A DNA stretch of 64,000 nucleotides from contig CBDCRW010000003.1 of assembly GCA_965221125.1 (NCBI GenBank), positions 462,682-526,681 of the forward strand. Reading direction: 5' to 3'. Under the pieces are notes generated by a model. It was not told where the DNA came from. It did not search any database and saw only the letters and a program-made list of their open reading frames with translations. Shown here piece by piece: positions 41,613-53,411 of the stretch (its first letter is position 1; the number at the start of each line of letters is the position of its first letter). The stretch is from Alphaproteobacteria bacterium (GTDB lineage Bacteria > Pseudomonadota > Alphaproteobacteria > UBA828). Made by a program: the position numbers and the translations under genes.

Positions 41613-42530
41613 ATGAGCATCAAGATCGAGTGCATCCTCGACTGCGGGAACCACCTGGGCGAAGGCCCGGTGTGGGACGTGGACGAAGGCCGGCTCTACT
41701 GGGTGGACGGCACGGGGCGGCGGGTCGGCAAGCCCGAGCTGTGGCGCATGGACCCCAAGAGCGGCAAGGTCGAGAACTGGACGCTGGGCGACCACGACGT
41801 GGGCGCGATGGCGCTCCGTGCCGGCGGCGGCGCGGTGATGGCGCTCGACGACGGCTTCTACTTCTTCGACTACGACAAGGCGAAGATGGAGCTGATCGCC
41901 AAGGTCGATGCCGAGCACCCGCGCACGCGCCTCAACGACGGCAAGTGCGACCGGCGCGGGCGCTTCTTCGCGGGCGGCATGGACGACAAGGAGGAGCTCA
42001 CCATCTGCGGGCTGTGGCGGCTCGACCCCGACCTCAGCGTCACCAAGGTCGACGACGGCATCATCTGCACCAACGGCCCCTGCTGGAGCCCGGACGACAA
42101 GACCTTCTACCTGGCCGACAGCTTCCAGGATGAGTTCTGGGCCTACGACTACGACATTGAGACCGGCAGCCTCTACAACAAGCGGGTGTTCGCCTCGACA
42201 AGGGAGGACGCGGGCGTCGCCGACGGCTCGACGGTGGACGAGGAAGGCTGCCTCTGGAACGCGCAGGTGATCGGCGGCGAGCTCGTACGCTACGCGCCGG
42301 ACGGCTCGGTGGAGCGCCGCATCGGCATGCCGGTGAAGAACATCACCAGCGTGATGTTCGGCGGCGACGACCTCGACGTGCTCTACGTCACCTCCATGGC
42401 CCGCGTGCAGCACCCGGCGGTGCACGACATGTTCGCGGTGGAGGCCAAGCCGCAGTTCCTCGCCGGCGGCCTGTTCGCGGTCACCGGCCTCGGCATCCGC
42501 GGCGTTCCGGAACCGCGATTTGCCGGCTGA
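41613..42530 (+). CDS. SMP-30/gluconolactonase/LRE-family lactonase
   Basis: ATG at 41613, 9 nt after AAGAGG. Hallmarks LGEGPVWD, NDGKCD and NGPCWSPD. Confidence 0.85.
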   Translation: MSIKIECILDCGNHLGEGPVWDVDEGRLYWVDGTGRRVGKPELWRMDPKSGKVENWTLGDHDVGAMALRAGGGAVMALDDGFYFFDYDKAKMELIAKVDAEHPRTRLNDGKCDRRGRFFAGGMDDKEELTICGLWRLDPDLSVTKVDDGIICTNGPCWSPDDKTFYLADSFQDEFWAYDYDIETGSLYNKRVFASTREDAGVADGSTVDEEGCLWNAQVIGGELVRYAPDGSVERRIGMPVKNITSVMFGGDDLDVLYVTSMARVQHPAVHDMFAVEAKPQFLAGGLFAVTGLGIRGVPEPRFAG

Positions 42531-42557
42531 GTTGTCCCCGCCCGGAAGCGGAGCGCC

Positions 42558-42845
42558 TCAAGTCTTGCGAATAAAATTGTCGGCGTAGGACTTGGGGCGG
42601 ACGGTGCGCGACTGGGGCTCGTCCACCACGTAATCCAAGCCGCGCCGTCTGGCGTAGGCAATCGCCTGCTGCTTGGTCGCGAAGGTGAGCTTGACCTGCT
42701 GGGTGGTGTCGTCCGATCCGGTCCAGCCCATCAGGCTGTCCACCGCGCGCTGGCCGCGCGGCGCGTGCTCAAGCACCCAGCGGCCGGTCTTGGCCCGGCC
42801 CGATTGGGTCGCCGTCTTCGCCGGCCTATAGATGCGCACGTCCAT
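42558..42845 (-). CDS. ETC complex I NDUFS4-like small protein
   Basis: 95 aa. The pattern RIYRPAKTATQSG ... W ... DSLMGWTGS ... F ... AIAYA is typical of the alphaproteobacterial NDUFS4 homolog. Confidence 0.7.
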   Translation of the reverse strand: MDVRIYRPAKTATQSGRAKTGRWVLEHAPRGQRAVDSLMGWTGSDDTTQQVKLTFATKQQAIAYARRRGLDYVVDEPQSRTVRPKSYADNFIRKT

Positions 42846-42897
42846 CGCCCGGCCTCATAGCGCGGCCACGCGACGGCGGCAAGGCTCGGGCGTCTGG

Positions 42898-43530
42898 TTA
42901 CGCCGACGCGCTCGGCCTCCCCCCGACTTCGGCGAACCAACGGGCGACGTTGGTGCAGCCCTCCGGGATTTCGATCTCCGCCCGCTTGGCGAAGTCGATC
43001 GTCACGAACGCCGTGATGTCGGCGATGGAGAAGCGGTCGCCGGCGAGATGGCCGTTGTCGGCGAGCCGGCCGTCGAGCTTGGCGAAGAAGCGCCCCATGG
43101 ACTGCCTGCCGCGCTCGGCCAGCGCTGGGATCTGGGGCACGCCGCCGGTCACGCCGGCCACGCCGCGGTCCTCGAACATCGGCGCGCTGTTCCGCAACGC
43201 GTCGACGGCTGCGAGATAGCCCTCGAGCTCCGCCTGCCGGTTCCACATCTCGATGACCGCCTTCTCCTTGGCATCGCGGCCCATGAGGTTGGGCTCGGGA
43301 TGGGTCTCCTCCAGATAGCGGCAGATCGCCACCGACTCGCCGATGCAGGTGCCGTCGTCGAGCACGAGCGCGGGCACCACGCAGTTGGGGTTCACGGCGC
43401 GGTACTCGTCGCTGAACTGCTGGCGCTCGCGCGTGTTGATCTGCACGGAGGGGATCTCGATCCCCTTCTCGGCGATGAAGATACGCACCCGGCGGGGGCC
43501 GGGCGCGAGCGAGAACTCGTAGAGCTTCAT
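42898..43530 (-). CDS. glutathione S-transferase
   Basis: ATG at 43530 after GAGGGAGAAG. N-terminal thioredoxin-like region (VVPALVLDDGTCIGESVAICRYL). Confidence 0.85.
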   Translation of the reverse strand: MKLYEFSLAPGPRRVRIFIAEKGIEIPSVQINTRERQQFSDEYRAVNPNCVVPALVLDDGTCIGESVAICRYLEETHPEPNLMGRDAKEKAVIEMWNRQAELEGYLAAVDALRNSAPMFEDRGVAGVTGGVPQIPALAERGRQSMGRFFAKLDGRLADNGHLAGDRFSIADITAFVTIDFAKRAEIEIPEGCTNVARWFAEVGGRPSASA

Positions 43531-43559
43531 GTAGCTTCTCCCTCGTTGGCCGCAGCCGC

Positions 43560-45080
43560 TCAGAGCGTCTTCCAGTCGACCGACTGCTCGTAGGCGTGGG
43601 CGGCCCGGTAGATGGTCGCTTCGTCGAAGTGCCTGCCGACCAGCATGAGGCCGACCGGCAGGCCGTCGCTCAAGCCACAGGGCGCGGTGAGCGCCGGGTG
43701 GCCGGTGGCGTCGAAGACGGCGGTGTTGGCGAACATCTCGTGCGCGCGCTGGATCACGAGCTCGATGGGCGCGTCCGCCGGCGGGATCGGCGTCGCCGTG
43801 ATCGGCAGCGTCGGCATCACGATCACGTCGCAGTCGGCGAGCGCGCTGTCGTAGGCCCTGCGCATGCGCCGCGAGATGTTCTGCGCCTTGGCGTAGTAGT
43901 GCCCGCCGTACTGGTTCTGCATGTACTGGCCGAGCAGGATCACGTACTTCAGCGAGTGCGAGAGTTCGTCGGCGCGCTCCCGCCAGCCGGCGTAGCGGTT
44001 GAGCAGGCTGGTGACGTAGAGGCCCTTCCAGTTGGTGCCGAAGCCGTTGCCATTCATCATGAACTCGACCGTGCCCTCGACCCCGATGGGGGTCCAGACG
44101 GCGACGCCCACCAGGTGCTCGGGGATGCTGATCTCCTTCACCGTGGCGCCGATGGCTTCCAGCCGGGCGGCGGCGGCACGCACCCTCTCGTCCACGCCGG
44201 GCTCCGAGTTGGGGTGGCCGTAGCCCTCTTTCAGCACGCCGACGGTCATGCCCTCCGCGCCCTGGCCGAGCGCGCCGGTATAGGACGGATTCTCCGGAAC
44301 GCCGATCTGGCGGGGGTCGAGACCGTCGCTGCCGGCGATCACCTCCAGCAGCAGGGCGTTGTTGGCGACCGTGTCGGTCATGGGGCCGGCGTGGTCCACC
44401 GTCATCTCGATGGGCATGACGCCGGAATAGGGCACGAGGCCGTGCGTGGGCTTGAGGCCGACGATGCCGCACATGGACGCAGGGATTCGGACGGAGCCGG
44501 CCTGATCGCAGCCGATGGCCATCTCCACGTCGCCGGCCGCGACCACGGCGCCTGAGCCCGAGGAGGAGCCGCCCGTGGTGTAGCCCCGCCTCCACGGGTT
44601 GTGCACCGGCAGCCCCGTCGCATTGGTGTGGCTGCCGCCGGAGAAGCAGAGGTATTCGCACGCCGTCTTGCCCGCGATCTCGCCGCCTTCGTCAAGGATG
44701 CGGCTCACGATGGTGGCGTCCACGTCGGGCACGTAGCCTTCGAGGATCGAGGCGCCGTTCATCATCGGCACGCCGGCGACGCAGACGTTGTCCTTGATGG
44801 CGACCTTCCTGCCGGCGAGCTTTCCGCCTTCTGCGCCCTTGATGTCGGTCCGCCAGTACCAGGCGTTGTGCGGGTTCTCGTCAGCCTCCGGCCGGTATCC
44901 GGGGAGGCGCGGATAGCGGACCTCGGGCAGCTCGTCGGACATGGAATCCACGGTATTGTATCCGTCGAGCAGCGGCTTCATCGCCGCGAGATACTGGGCG
45001 GCCTCGTCCTCGCTGAGGCGCAGGCCGAGCTCCGCGCCGACCTCGACGATCTGGTCGGCCCTGGGTGCTTTGATCGGCAT
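43560..45080 (-). CDS. amidase-signature family amidase
   Basis: 506 aa with the AS signature GGSSSGSGAVVAAG and upstream K/S catalytic regions. Confidence 0.85.
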   Translation of the reverse strand: MPIKAPRADQIVEVGAELGLRLSEDEAAQYLAAMKPLLDGYNTVDSMSDELPEVRYPRLPGYRPEADENPHNAWYWRTDIKGAEGGKLAGRKVAIKDNVCVAGVPMMNGASILEGYVPDVDATIVSRILDEGGEIAGKTACEYLCFSGGSHTNATGLPVHNPWRRGYTTGGSSSGSGAVVAAGDVEMAIGCDQAGSVRIPASMCGIVGLKPTHGLVPYSGVMPIEMTVDHAGPMTDTVANNALLLEVIAGSDGLDPRQIGVPENPSYTGALGQGAEGMTVGVLKEGYGHPNSEPGVDERVRAAAARLEAIGATVKEISIPEHLVGVAVWTPIGVEGTVEFMMNGNGFGTNWKGLYVTSLLNRYAGWRERADELSHSLKYVILLGQYMQNQYGGHYYAKAQNISRRMRRAYDSALADCDVIVMPTLPITATPIPPADAPIELVIQRAHEMFANTAVFDATGHPALTAPCGLSDGLPVGLMLVGRHFDEATIYRAAHAYEQSVDWKTL

Positions 45081-45158
45081 GACTACCCTCCCCTCGCCGC
45101 GCCCGATCAGGGCCCGGTTTGCATGCGTTTTGCCTAATTATTCAATGCGGCAAACGGG

Positions 45159-45650
45159 TTATGCGAAATTGGCTTCGTTTTGCAATTTCTCCCGTTTCAC
45201 CGCCGCTGGCACGCCGTAAAGCTGGCGGGCACGGCTCTCGAAGGCGCGCACCATGCGGTCCACCGCATCGGCGAAGAGGGCGCTCATGACGCGCTTGAGC
45301 AGCCTGGAGCGGAACTCGAAATCGACGAAAAAATCCACCTCGCAGCCGTCCGTCCGTTCGTTGAAGCGCCAACGGTTGACCATGTAACGGAACGGCCCGT
45401 GGGTGTGGTTCACCTCGATCCGGTGCTCGCCCCGGTGGAGCTGCATCCGCGAGCCGAAGCGCTCGCGGAGCATCATGAAGCCGATCAGCATGTCGGCCTC
45501 CACGATGTCAGGCTCGCCGGGGACGCGTCTTGTCACGCGCGTGCCGAGGCACCAGGGCAGGAACTCGGGGTAATACTCGACCTCGGCCACCAGATCGAAC
45601 ATCTGGTCCGAGCTGTACGGCAGAAAGCGGCGCTCGTTGTGCTGCGGCAT
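45159..45650 (-). CDS. SRPBCC/START-fold protein (RatA / COQ10-like)
   Basis: ATG at 45650 (MPQHNERRFLPYSSDQMFDLV). 163 aa. It sits downstream of lipA, a placement conserved in many alphaproteobacteria. Confidence 0.75.
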   Translation of the reverse strand: MPQHNERRFLPYSSDQMFDLVAEVEYYPEFLPWCLGTRVTRRVPGEPDIVEADMLIGFMMLRERFGSRMQLHRGEHRIEVNHTHGPFRYMVNRWRFNERTDGCEVDFFVDFEFRSRLLKRVMSALFADAVDRMVRAFESRARQLYGVPAAVKREKLQNEANFA

Positions 45651-45661
45651 CGGGCGCGCCT

Positions 45662-46597
45662 TCAGGCGTCGGCGGGAGATGCCGAGGCGAGCCTGGCCTC
45701 GCGGTTCGCCCTGAGCGTCCGAAAATCGTCGCCGGCGTGGTAGGAGGAGCGCGTGAGCGGCGAGGACGAGACCATGAGGAAGCCCTTGGCGTAGGCCAGC
45801 CGCTCGTACTCGGCGAACTCGTCCGGTGTGACGTAGCGCATCACCTCGTGGTGGCGCTCGGTCGGGCGCAGGTACTGGCCGATGGTGAGGAAATCCACGT
45901 CCGCTGAGCGCAGGTCGTCCATGACTTGCAGGATCTCGCGGCGCTCCTCGCCGAGGCCCACCATGACGCCGGACTTGGTGAACATGGAGGGATCGCGGAG
46001 CTTCACGGTGTCCAGCAGCCGCAGCGAGTGGTAGTAGCGCGCGCCGGGCCGGACCTCGGTGTAGAGGCGCGGCACGGTCTCCAGATTGTGGTTGTAGACG
46101 TCGGGCTTCGCGTCGGTCACCGCCTCGATGGCGCCGGGCTTGTTGCGGAAGTCGGGCGTCAGCACCTCGATCGTGGTCTCGGGCGCCGTCTCGCGCAGCC
46201 GCTGGATGCAGCGCACGAACTGGAAGGCCCCGCCGTCGTCGAGGTCGTCGCGGTCGACCGAGGTGATGACCACGTGGTCGAGGCCGAGCGCGGAGACCGC
46301 CTGGGCCAGCTCGTCGGGCTCGTGCGGGTCGAGCTGGTCGGGCCGGCCGGTGGCGACGTTGCAGAAGGCGCAGGCGCGGGTGCAGACCGAGCCCAGGATC
46401 ATCACGGTGGCGTGGCCCTTGGCCCAGCACTCGCCGATGTTGGGGCAGGCCGCCTCCTCGCACACGGTGTTGAGCCGGTGCGTGCGCATCAGCTTCCGCG
46501 TCGCGTTGTATTCGGACGAGGTCGGAGCCTTGACCCGGAGCCAGCGCGGCTTGGGCTCGCGGTCGCTACGTGATTTCAGCGGGGTAACGTCCGGCAT
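45662..46597 (-). CDS. lipA: lipoyl synthase
   Basis: Both cluster motifs are present: [12 protein letters not shown] and the radical-SAM [10 protein letters not shown]. Confidence 0.95.
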   Translation of the reverse strand: MPDVTPLKSRSDREPKPRWLRVKAPTSSEYNATRKLMRTHRLNTVCEEAACPNIGECWAKGHATVMILGSVCTRACAFCNVATGRPDQLDPHEPDELAQAVSALGLDHVVITSVDRDDLDDGGAFQFVRCIQRLRETAPETTIEVLTPDFRNKPGAIEAVTDAKPDVYNHNLETVPRLYTEVRPGARYYHSLRLLDTVKLRDPSMFTKSGVMVGLGEERREILQVMDDLRSADVDFLTIGQYLRPTERHHEVMRYVTPDEFAEYERLAYAKGFLMVSSSPLTRSSYHAGDDFRTLRANREARLASASPADA

Positions 46598-46618
46598 GGC
46601 GGCGTCCTCGATTGCAGC

Positions 46619-48022
46619 CTAGATGTGGAGGACGCGCCCATAGGCGTCAAGCACCGATTCGTGCATCGCCTCGGAAAGTGTGGGGTGCGGGAAGATCGTG
46701 CCCGCGAGCTCCGCCTCGGTGCTCTCCAGCGTGCGCGCGATGGTGTAGCCCTGGATCAGCTCGGTCACCTCCGGGCCGATCATGTGGGCGCCGAGCAGCT
46801 CGCCGGTGGTTTCGTCGAAGACGGTCTTGACCATGCCGTCGGGCTCGCCGAGCGCGATCGCCTTGCCGTTGCCGATGAAGGGGAAGCGCCCGACGCGCAC
46901 CGCGTGGCCCGCGTCCTTGGCCGCAGCCTCCGTGAGCCCGACCGAGGCGACCTGCGGCCGGCAGTAGGTGCAGGCCGGCACCCGGCTCGTATCCAGCGGA
47001 TGCACGCCGTCGACGCCCGCGATTTTCTCAACGCAGAGCACGCCTTCGTGGCTGGCCTTGTGGGCGAGCCAGGGCGGGCCGGTGACATCGCCGATGGCGT
47101 AGACGCCGGGCTCTCCCGTCGCCATCCAGGGGTCGGTCCGGATGTGCCCCTTGTCGACGACGACGCCGGTGCCCTCCAGCCCCAGGTCCTCGACGTTGCC
47201 GACGATGCCGGCGGCGAGGATCGCGCGGTCGAACGTGGCCTGCTCCGTCGTGCCGTCCTCGGTCTCGATGGCGGCCTGCACCGCCCCGCCCTCGACCGTG
47301 AGGCTGGTCACGCGCGCGCCGGTGTGGATGGTCATGCCCTGCGCCGCGAAGGCTTTTTGGGCAGCCGCCGAGATCTCCTCGTCCTCGACGGGGAGCACGC
47401 GGGGCAGGAGCTCCACCACCGTGACCGCGCTGCCGAGATCGGCGTAGAAGCTCGCGAACTCCATGCCGATGGCGCCGGCCCCGATCACCAGCAGCGATGC
47501 GGGCTGCGCCTGAGGCACCATCGCCTCCTTGTAGGTCCAGATCGTCTCGCCGTCGGGCTCCAGCCCCGGCAGCACCCGCGCCCGCGCCCCTGTCGCGAGG
47601 ATGATGTGGGCCGCGCGGACGGTCTCGGCCGCGCCGTCCTCCGTCGTCACCTCCAGCGCGCCGGGGCCGGCGAGCCGGGCGTGGCCCTGGATCACCGCGA
47701 CCCCGTTCTTCTTCATCAGGTAGGCGACGCCGCGCGAGAGCTGGTCCGCTACGCCGCGTGAATGGGCGACGACCTTCTCGATATCGACCGAGACCTCGCC
47801 CACGCTGATGCCGAAATCGCCGAGCCGGCCCAGCGTGTGGCGAAGCTCCGAGACCCGCAGCAGCGCCTTGGTCGGGATGCAGCCCCAGTTGAGGCAGATG
47901 CCGCCGAGGCGCTCGCGCTCGATCACGGCGGCCTTCAGGCCGAGCTGGCTCGCGCGGATCGCCGCGACGTAGCCGCCCGGGCCACTGCCGACGATGACGA
48001 CGTCATAGGACGCATCCGCCAT
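46619..48022 (-). CDS. lpdA: dihydrolipoyl dehydrogenase (E3)
   Basis: VVIVGSGPGGY FAD fold, redox disulfide GGICLNWGCIPTK, and C-terminal HPTLSE. Confidence 0.95.
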   Translation of the reverse strand: MADASYDVVIVGSGPGGYVAAIRASQLGLKAAVIERERLGGICLNWGCIPTKALLRVSELRHTLGRLGDFGISVGEVSVDIEKVVAHSRGVADQLSRGVAYLMKKNGVAVIQGHARLAGPGALEVTTEDGAAETVRAAHIILATGARARVLPGLEPDGETIWTYKEAMVPQAQPASLLVIGAGAIGMEFASFYADLGSAVTVVELLPRVLPVEDEEISAAAQKAFAAQGMTIHTGARVTSLTVEGGAVQAAIETEDGTTEQATFDRAILAAGIVGNVEDLGLEGTGVVVDKGHIRTDPWMATGEPGVYAIGDVTGPPWLAHKASHEGVLCVEKIAGVDGVHPLDTSRVPACTYCRPQVASVGLTEAAAKDAGHAVRVGRFPFIGNGKAIALGEPDGMVKTVFDETTGELLGAHMIGPEVTELIQGYTIARTLESTEAELAGTIFPHPTLSEAMHESVLDAYGRVLHI

Positions 48023-48085
48023 GATGTCCTCCGGTCTTGCGCATGAGAGGGGCCGGCCGGGCCGGCGCTCGCTGGAGAAGCCCCG

Positions 48086-49435
48086 CTAGAGAAGCATGGT
48101 GAGCGGGTCTTCGATCAGGCCCTTGAACGCCTGCAGGAACGTGGCGCCGAGCGCGCCGTCCACCACCCGATGATCGACCGAGAGCGTGCACGACATCATG
48201 GTGGCGACGGCGAGCGCCCCGTCCTTCACCACCGGGCGTTGCTCGGCGGTGCCGACGGCGAGGATCATCGACTGCGGCGGGTTGATGATGGCCGCGAACT
48301 CCTTGATGCCGTACATGCCGAGGTTGGAGACGCTGAAGGTGCCGCCCTGGTACTCCTCCGGCGCAAGCCCCATGGGCTTGGCGCGGGCGCGGCCGGCGAG
48401 CTCCTTCACCTCGGCGGAGATCTCGGCGAGGCCCTTGGCGTCCGCGTTGCGCACGATGGGCGTCACCAGCCCGTCCTCGATGGCGACGGCCACGGAGACA
48501 TCGGCGCTCGCGTACTGGCGGAGCGTGCCGTCCACCCAGGAGGCGTTGGCCGCGGGCACCTTACGGAGTGCCAACGCCGCGGCGCGGATCACGAAGTCGT
48601 TCACGGAAAGCTTGTAGGCGTCCGAGCGCTCGTTGAGCTGGGCGCGGGTCTCCAGCACCGCGTCGACCGCGCAATCGACCGTCAGGTAGAAGTGCGGGAC
48701 CTCGCGCTTCGCCTCCTGCAGCCGCTGGGCGATGACCTTGCGCATGGTGCTCGCCGGCGCGTCCTGGTAGGCGGCGGCGGGTGCCGCAGGGGCCGGCGCC
48801 GGCGCGGGGGCCGGAGCCGCTGCCGGAGCGGGCGCTGCCGCAGCGGGAGCCGCCGCAGCCGCGGCGATCGCCGCCTCGACATCGACCTTCACGATGCGCC
48901 CGTTGGGGCCCGTGCCGGCGATCGCCTCCAGCGCGAGGCCGGCCTGCTTGGCCATGCGCCGCGCCAGCGGACTCGCGAAGATGCGTGCACCAGGCTCGCG
49001 TGCGGGCGCAGGCGGCGTCGCGCCGTTGCCGCCGGGGGGTGCCGCTGTGGGTGCAGCCGGCGCTGCCGGTGGCGCGGCTTGCGGGGCCGGGCTTGCCGCG
49101 GGCGCAGCCTCGGCTGCTGCTTCGGCCGCAGGCGCTGCGGGGGCGGCCGCAGGCGCGGCAGCCTCACCGCTCTCCAGGGCCGATGCGTCCTCGCCCTCCT
49201 CCAGGATCAGCCCAATGACCGCGTTCACCGCCACGCCCTCGGTGCCGGCGGCGACGACGATCCTGCCGAGGGTGCCCTCGTCGGTCGCCTCCACCTCCAT
49301 CGTCGCCTTGTCGGTCTCGATCTCGCACAGGATGTCGCCGGCCTGGACGGAGTCGCCCTCGTTCTTGAGCCAGCTCGCGACGTTGCCCTCGGTCATCGTC
49401 GGCGAGAGGGCCGGCATCAGAATATGGATCGGCAT
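48086..49435 (-). CDS. pdhC: pyruvate dehydrogenase E2 dihydrolipoamide acetyltransferase
   Basis: Single lipoyl domain (CEIETDKATMEVE), Ala/Pro linkers, E3-binding domain, and catalytic DHRVVDG. Confidence 0.9.
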   Translation of the reverse strand: MPIHILMPALSPTMTEGNVASWLKNEGDSVQAGDILCEIETDKATMEVEATDEGTLGRIVVAAGTEGVAVNAVIGLILEEGEDASALESGEAAAPAAAPAAPAAEAAAEAAPAASPAPQAAPPAAPAAPTAAPPGGNGATPPAPAREPGARIFASPLARRMAKQAGLALEAIAGTGPNGRIVKVDVEAAIAAAAAAPAAAAPAPAAAPAPAPAPAPAAPAAAYQDAPASTMRKVIAQRLQEAKREVPHFYLTVDCAVDAVLETRAQLNERSDAYKLSVNDFVIRAAALALRKVPAANASWVDGTLRQYASADVSVAVAIEDGLVTPIVRNADAKGLAEISAEVKELAGRARAKPMGLAPEEYQGGTFSVSNLGMYGIKEFAAIINPPQSMILAVGTAEQRPVVKDGALAVATMMSCTLSVDHRVVDGALGATFLQAFKGLIEDPLTMLL

Positions 49436-49444
49436 GGTCTCTCC

Positions 49445-50428
49445 CTAACTCCTGTAGCAGACGCTGCGGACGGCGTCGGCGATGTTGTTGGCGCCCGGCA
49501 GGGTCGCGGCTTCGAGATTGGCGGCGTAGGGCATCGGCAGGTCGGCGCCGGAGACGCGGGCGACCGGCGCATCCAGCATGTCGAACGCGTTCTCCATCAC
49601 GAGCGCTCCGATCTCCGCGCCGATGCCGGCGAAGGGCCAGCCCTCCTCCACCGTGACCAGACGGTTGGTCTTTTCGACCGAGGCCAGCACCGCCGCGCCG
49701 TCGAGCGGACGCAGCGAGCGCAGGTCGATGACCTCCGCCTCGATGCCCTCGCCAGCCAGCGTCTCCGCCGCCTCCAGCGCGCGGCCCACCATGATCGAGA
49801 AGGCGGCGACTGTGACATCGCCGCCCGTGCGCGCGACCGCAGCCTTGCCGATGGGCACCAGGTGCTCGCCGTTCTCCGGAACCTCGAAGCTCTGGCCGTA
49901 GAGCAGCTCGTTCTCCAGGAAGACCACCGGGTTGGGGTCGCGGATGGCGGACTTCAGCAGCCCCTTGGCGTCGCCCGCCGAATAGGGGGCGATCACGCGC
50001 CAGCCGGGCACGTGCGCGAACCAGCTCGCGTAGCACTGCGAGTGCTGGGCGGCGACCCGCGCGGCCGCGCCGTTGGGCCCGCGGAAGACCACCGGCACCG
50101 GCAGCAGCCCGCCCGACATGTAGAGCGTCTTCGCGGCCGAGTTGATGAGGTGGTCCATCGCCTGCATGGCGAAGTTGAAGGTCATGAACTCGACGATGGG
50201 CTTGAGCCCGCCCATGGCGGCGCCCACGCCGATGCCGGCGAACCCGGCCTCGGTGATCGGCGTGTCGATCACGCGGCCCGCGCCGAACTCGTCGAGCAGG
50301 CCCTGGCTCACCTTGTAGGCGCCCTGGTACTCCGCGACCTCCTCGCCCATGAGGAAGACGTCGGCGTCGGCGCGCATCTCCTCCGCCATCGCGTCACGGA
50401 GCGCTTCGCGAACGGTCTGTACGGCCAT
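49445..50428 (-). CDS. pdhB: pyruvate dehydrogenase E1 beta subunit (no lipoyl domain)
   Basis: ATG at 50428 ([14 protein letters not shown]), 23 nt after the pdhA stop. 327-aa transketolase-like beta subunit. Confidence 0.9.
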   Translation of the reverse strand: MAVQTVREALRDAMAEEMRADADVFLMGEEVAEYQGAYKVSQGLLDEFGAGRVIDTPITEAGFAGIGVGAAMGGLKPIVEFMTFNFAMQAMDHLINSAAKTLYMSGGLLPVPVVFRGPNGAAARVAAQHSQCYASWFAHVPGWRVIAPYSAGDAKGLLKSAIRDPNPVVFLENELLYGQSFEVPENGEHLVPIGKAAVARTGGDVTVAAFSIMVGRALEAAETLAGEGIEAEVIDLRSLRPLDGAAVLASVEKTNRLVTVEEGWPFAGIGAEIGALVMENAFDMLDAPVARVSGADLPMPYAANLEAATLPGANNIADAVRSVCYRS

Positions 50429-50451
50429 GATCGGTCTGTCCCGGTCGCGTT

Positions 50452-51474
50452 TCAGGCGCGGGCCAGGACATCCGCCTCGAGCGAGACGGGGGCGGGCTCC
50501 GGTGCGCCTTGGGCGAAGTCGGCGGCATCGTTGACGATGGCCTTGATCTCGCGGTCGATCTCCTTCAGCGCGTCCTCGTCGGCGTGGCCGCCGTCGAGAA
50601 GCGCCTGGCGCGCCTGCTCGATCGCATCGCGCTCCTGACGCATCTTGCTCACTTCCTCGCGGCTCCGGTACTTCGCGGGGTCCGACATCGAGTGGCCGCG
50701 GTAGCGGTAGGTCATCGCCTCCAGCAGCACCGGCCCGCTGCCTGCGCGCAGGCCCGCGACCGCCTCCTCCGCCGCCTGGAGCACGGCGGCCACATCCATC
50801 CCGTCGACCCGGCTGCCCGGAATGCCGAAGGCCGCGCCCCGCTCGTAGAGCTCGGCCACCGCCGCCGAGCGCTCGACCGCCGTGCCCATGGCGTACTGGT
50901 TGTTCTCGATCACGAAGAGCACCGGAAGCTGCCAGAGCGCCGCCATGTTGAAGGCCTCGAACACCTGGCCCTGGTTGGCCGCGCCGTCGCCGAAATAGGT
51001 GACGGAGACCCGGTCGGAAGCGCGGTACTTGTGGGCGAAGCCGAGGCCGACGCCGAGCGGCACCTGGGCGCCGACGATGCCGTGGCCGCCGTAGAAGCCG
51101 CGCTCCGGCGCGAACAGGTGCATCGAACCGCCCTTGCCCTTCGACGCGCCGGCCGCGCGCCCGGTAAGCTCGGCCATGACGTCGCGCGCGGGCACGCCCG
51201 CGATCAGCATGTGGGCGTGGCAGCGATAGCCGGTGATGACCGAATCGCCCGGCCCGAGCGCGTACTGCACGCCCGTGACCACCGCCTCCTGCCCGATGTA
51301 GAGGTGGCAGAAGCCGCCGATCATCCCCATGCCGTAGAGCTGGCTGGCCTTCTCCTCGAAGCGGCGCAGCAGCAGCATGTGGCGGAACGCGCGCCGCAGC
51401 GTCTCCGGCTCCATCGCGGCTGCCTGAGCGGCCCCGGCGGCCCCGCTCCGGGCCTTCTTCCTGGCGCTCGCCAT
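50452..51474 (-). CDS. pdhA: pyruvate dehydrogenase E1 alpha subunit
   Basis: 340 aa with the TPP-binding region ([20 protein letters not shown]) and [11 protein letters not shown]. Confidence 0.9.
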   Translation of the reverse strand: MASARKKARSGAAGAAQAAAMEPETLRRAFRHMLLLRRFEEKASQLYGMGMIGGFCHLYIGQEAVVTGVQYALGPGDSVITGYRCHAHMLIAGVPARDVMAELTGRAAGASKGKGGSMHLFAPERGFYGGHGIVGAQVPLGVGLGFAHKYRASDRVSVTYFGDGAANQGQVFEAFNMAALWQLPVLFVIENNQYAMGTAVERSAAVAELYERGAAFGIPGSRVDGMDVAAVLQAAEEAVAGLRAGSGPVLLEAMTYRYRGHSMSDPAKYRSREEVSKMRQERDAIEQARQALLDGGHADEDALKEIDREIKAIVNDAADFAQGAPEPAPVSLEADVLARA

Positions 51475-51624
51475 TCTGTCCTCGCACCCAATGCCCGCAC
51501 CGCCCGCATCGCGCCGGGCCGCACGGAAGCTAGGGCCACGCTAGGTCAAACGCGCCGCCCTGACAAGGGGAAGGCAAGTATTGCTTGTCATGGCAAGCGG
51601 TTAGGGTCGCAGTGAAGGGGTTAG

Positions 51625-51966
51625 TTACTCGGCTCCGTCAGGGTCAGGGCGCGCCGACTGGTCATGAAACAGGACTTCTTCGTCCGGATGGCCCAGGTTG
51701 AGCAGACGGCGGGCCTCCTGGTCGAGCAGGTCGAGATCCAGGTTGTCGGTCCTGAGCTGGGAGACGCGGCGCTCCAGCTTCTCGCGTTCGTCGCCGAGCG
51801 CGGCGACGCCGGCGCGGGTCTTCTCGACCTCGGCCGAGCGCTCGACCCAGCGGAGAAGTCCGCGCTCGCCCTGCACGCTCTGGTAGCCGACGTAGAGAAG
51901 GCCCAGCGCGCAGGTGAGCAGCACGATGATGGTGCGGTAGCGAACGCGCGCGAATCGCTCGGCCAT
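51625..51966 (-). CDS. ftsB: septum formation initiator FtsB/DivIC-like
   Basis: 113 aa with one N-terminal TM followed by a coiled coil. It lies between eno and pdhA, a position conserved in alphaproteobacteria. Confidence 0.7.
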   Translation of the reverse strand: MAERFARVRYRTIIVLLTCALGLLYVGYQSVQGERGLLRWVERSAEVEKTRAGVAALGDEREKLERRVSQLRTDNLDLDLLDQEARRLLNLGHPDEEVLFHDQSARPDPDGAE

Positions 51967-52055
51967 GGCACCACGACCTCACCGCCGCCGCCGGCCGCTG
52001 TCAAGACAGCATTTCTGACCTAAATCGGCAGCGAGTGCCGGCGCCTCCAGCCCGG

Positions 52056-53411
<1,356 letters not shown>

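Noticed and set aside
45159-45650. RatA-type toxin of a toxin-antitoxin pair
   Set aside because: There is no small partner ORF. The conserved placement after lipA and the SRPBCC/COQ10-like sequence point to a housekeeping lipid/quinone-binding protein rather than a mobile TA module.
48700-49200. Highly repetitive GC-rich DNA (GCCGC/GGCGC iterations) inside pdhC
   Set aside because: It encodes the Ala/Pro-rich inter-domain linkers typical of E2 subunits and is not a mobile or non-coding repeat.
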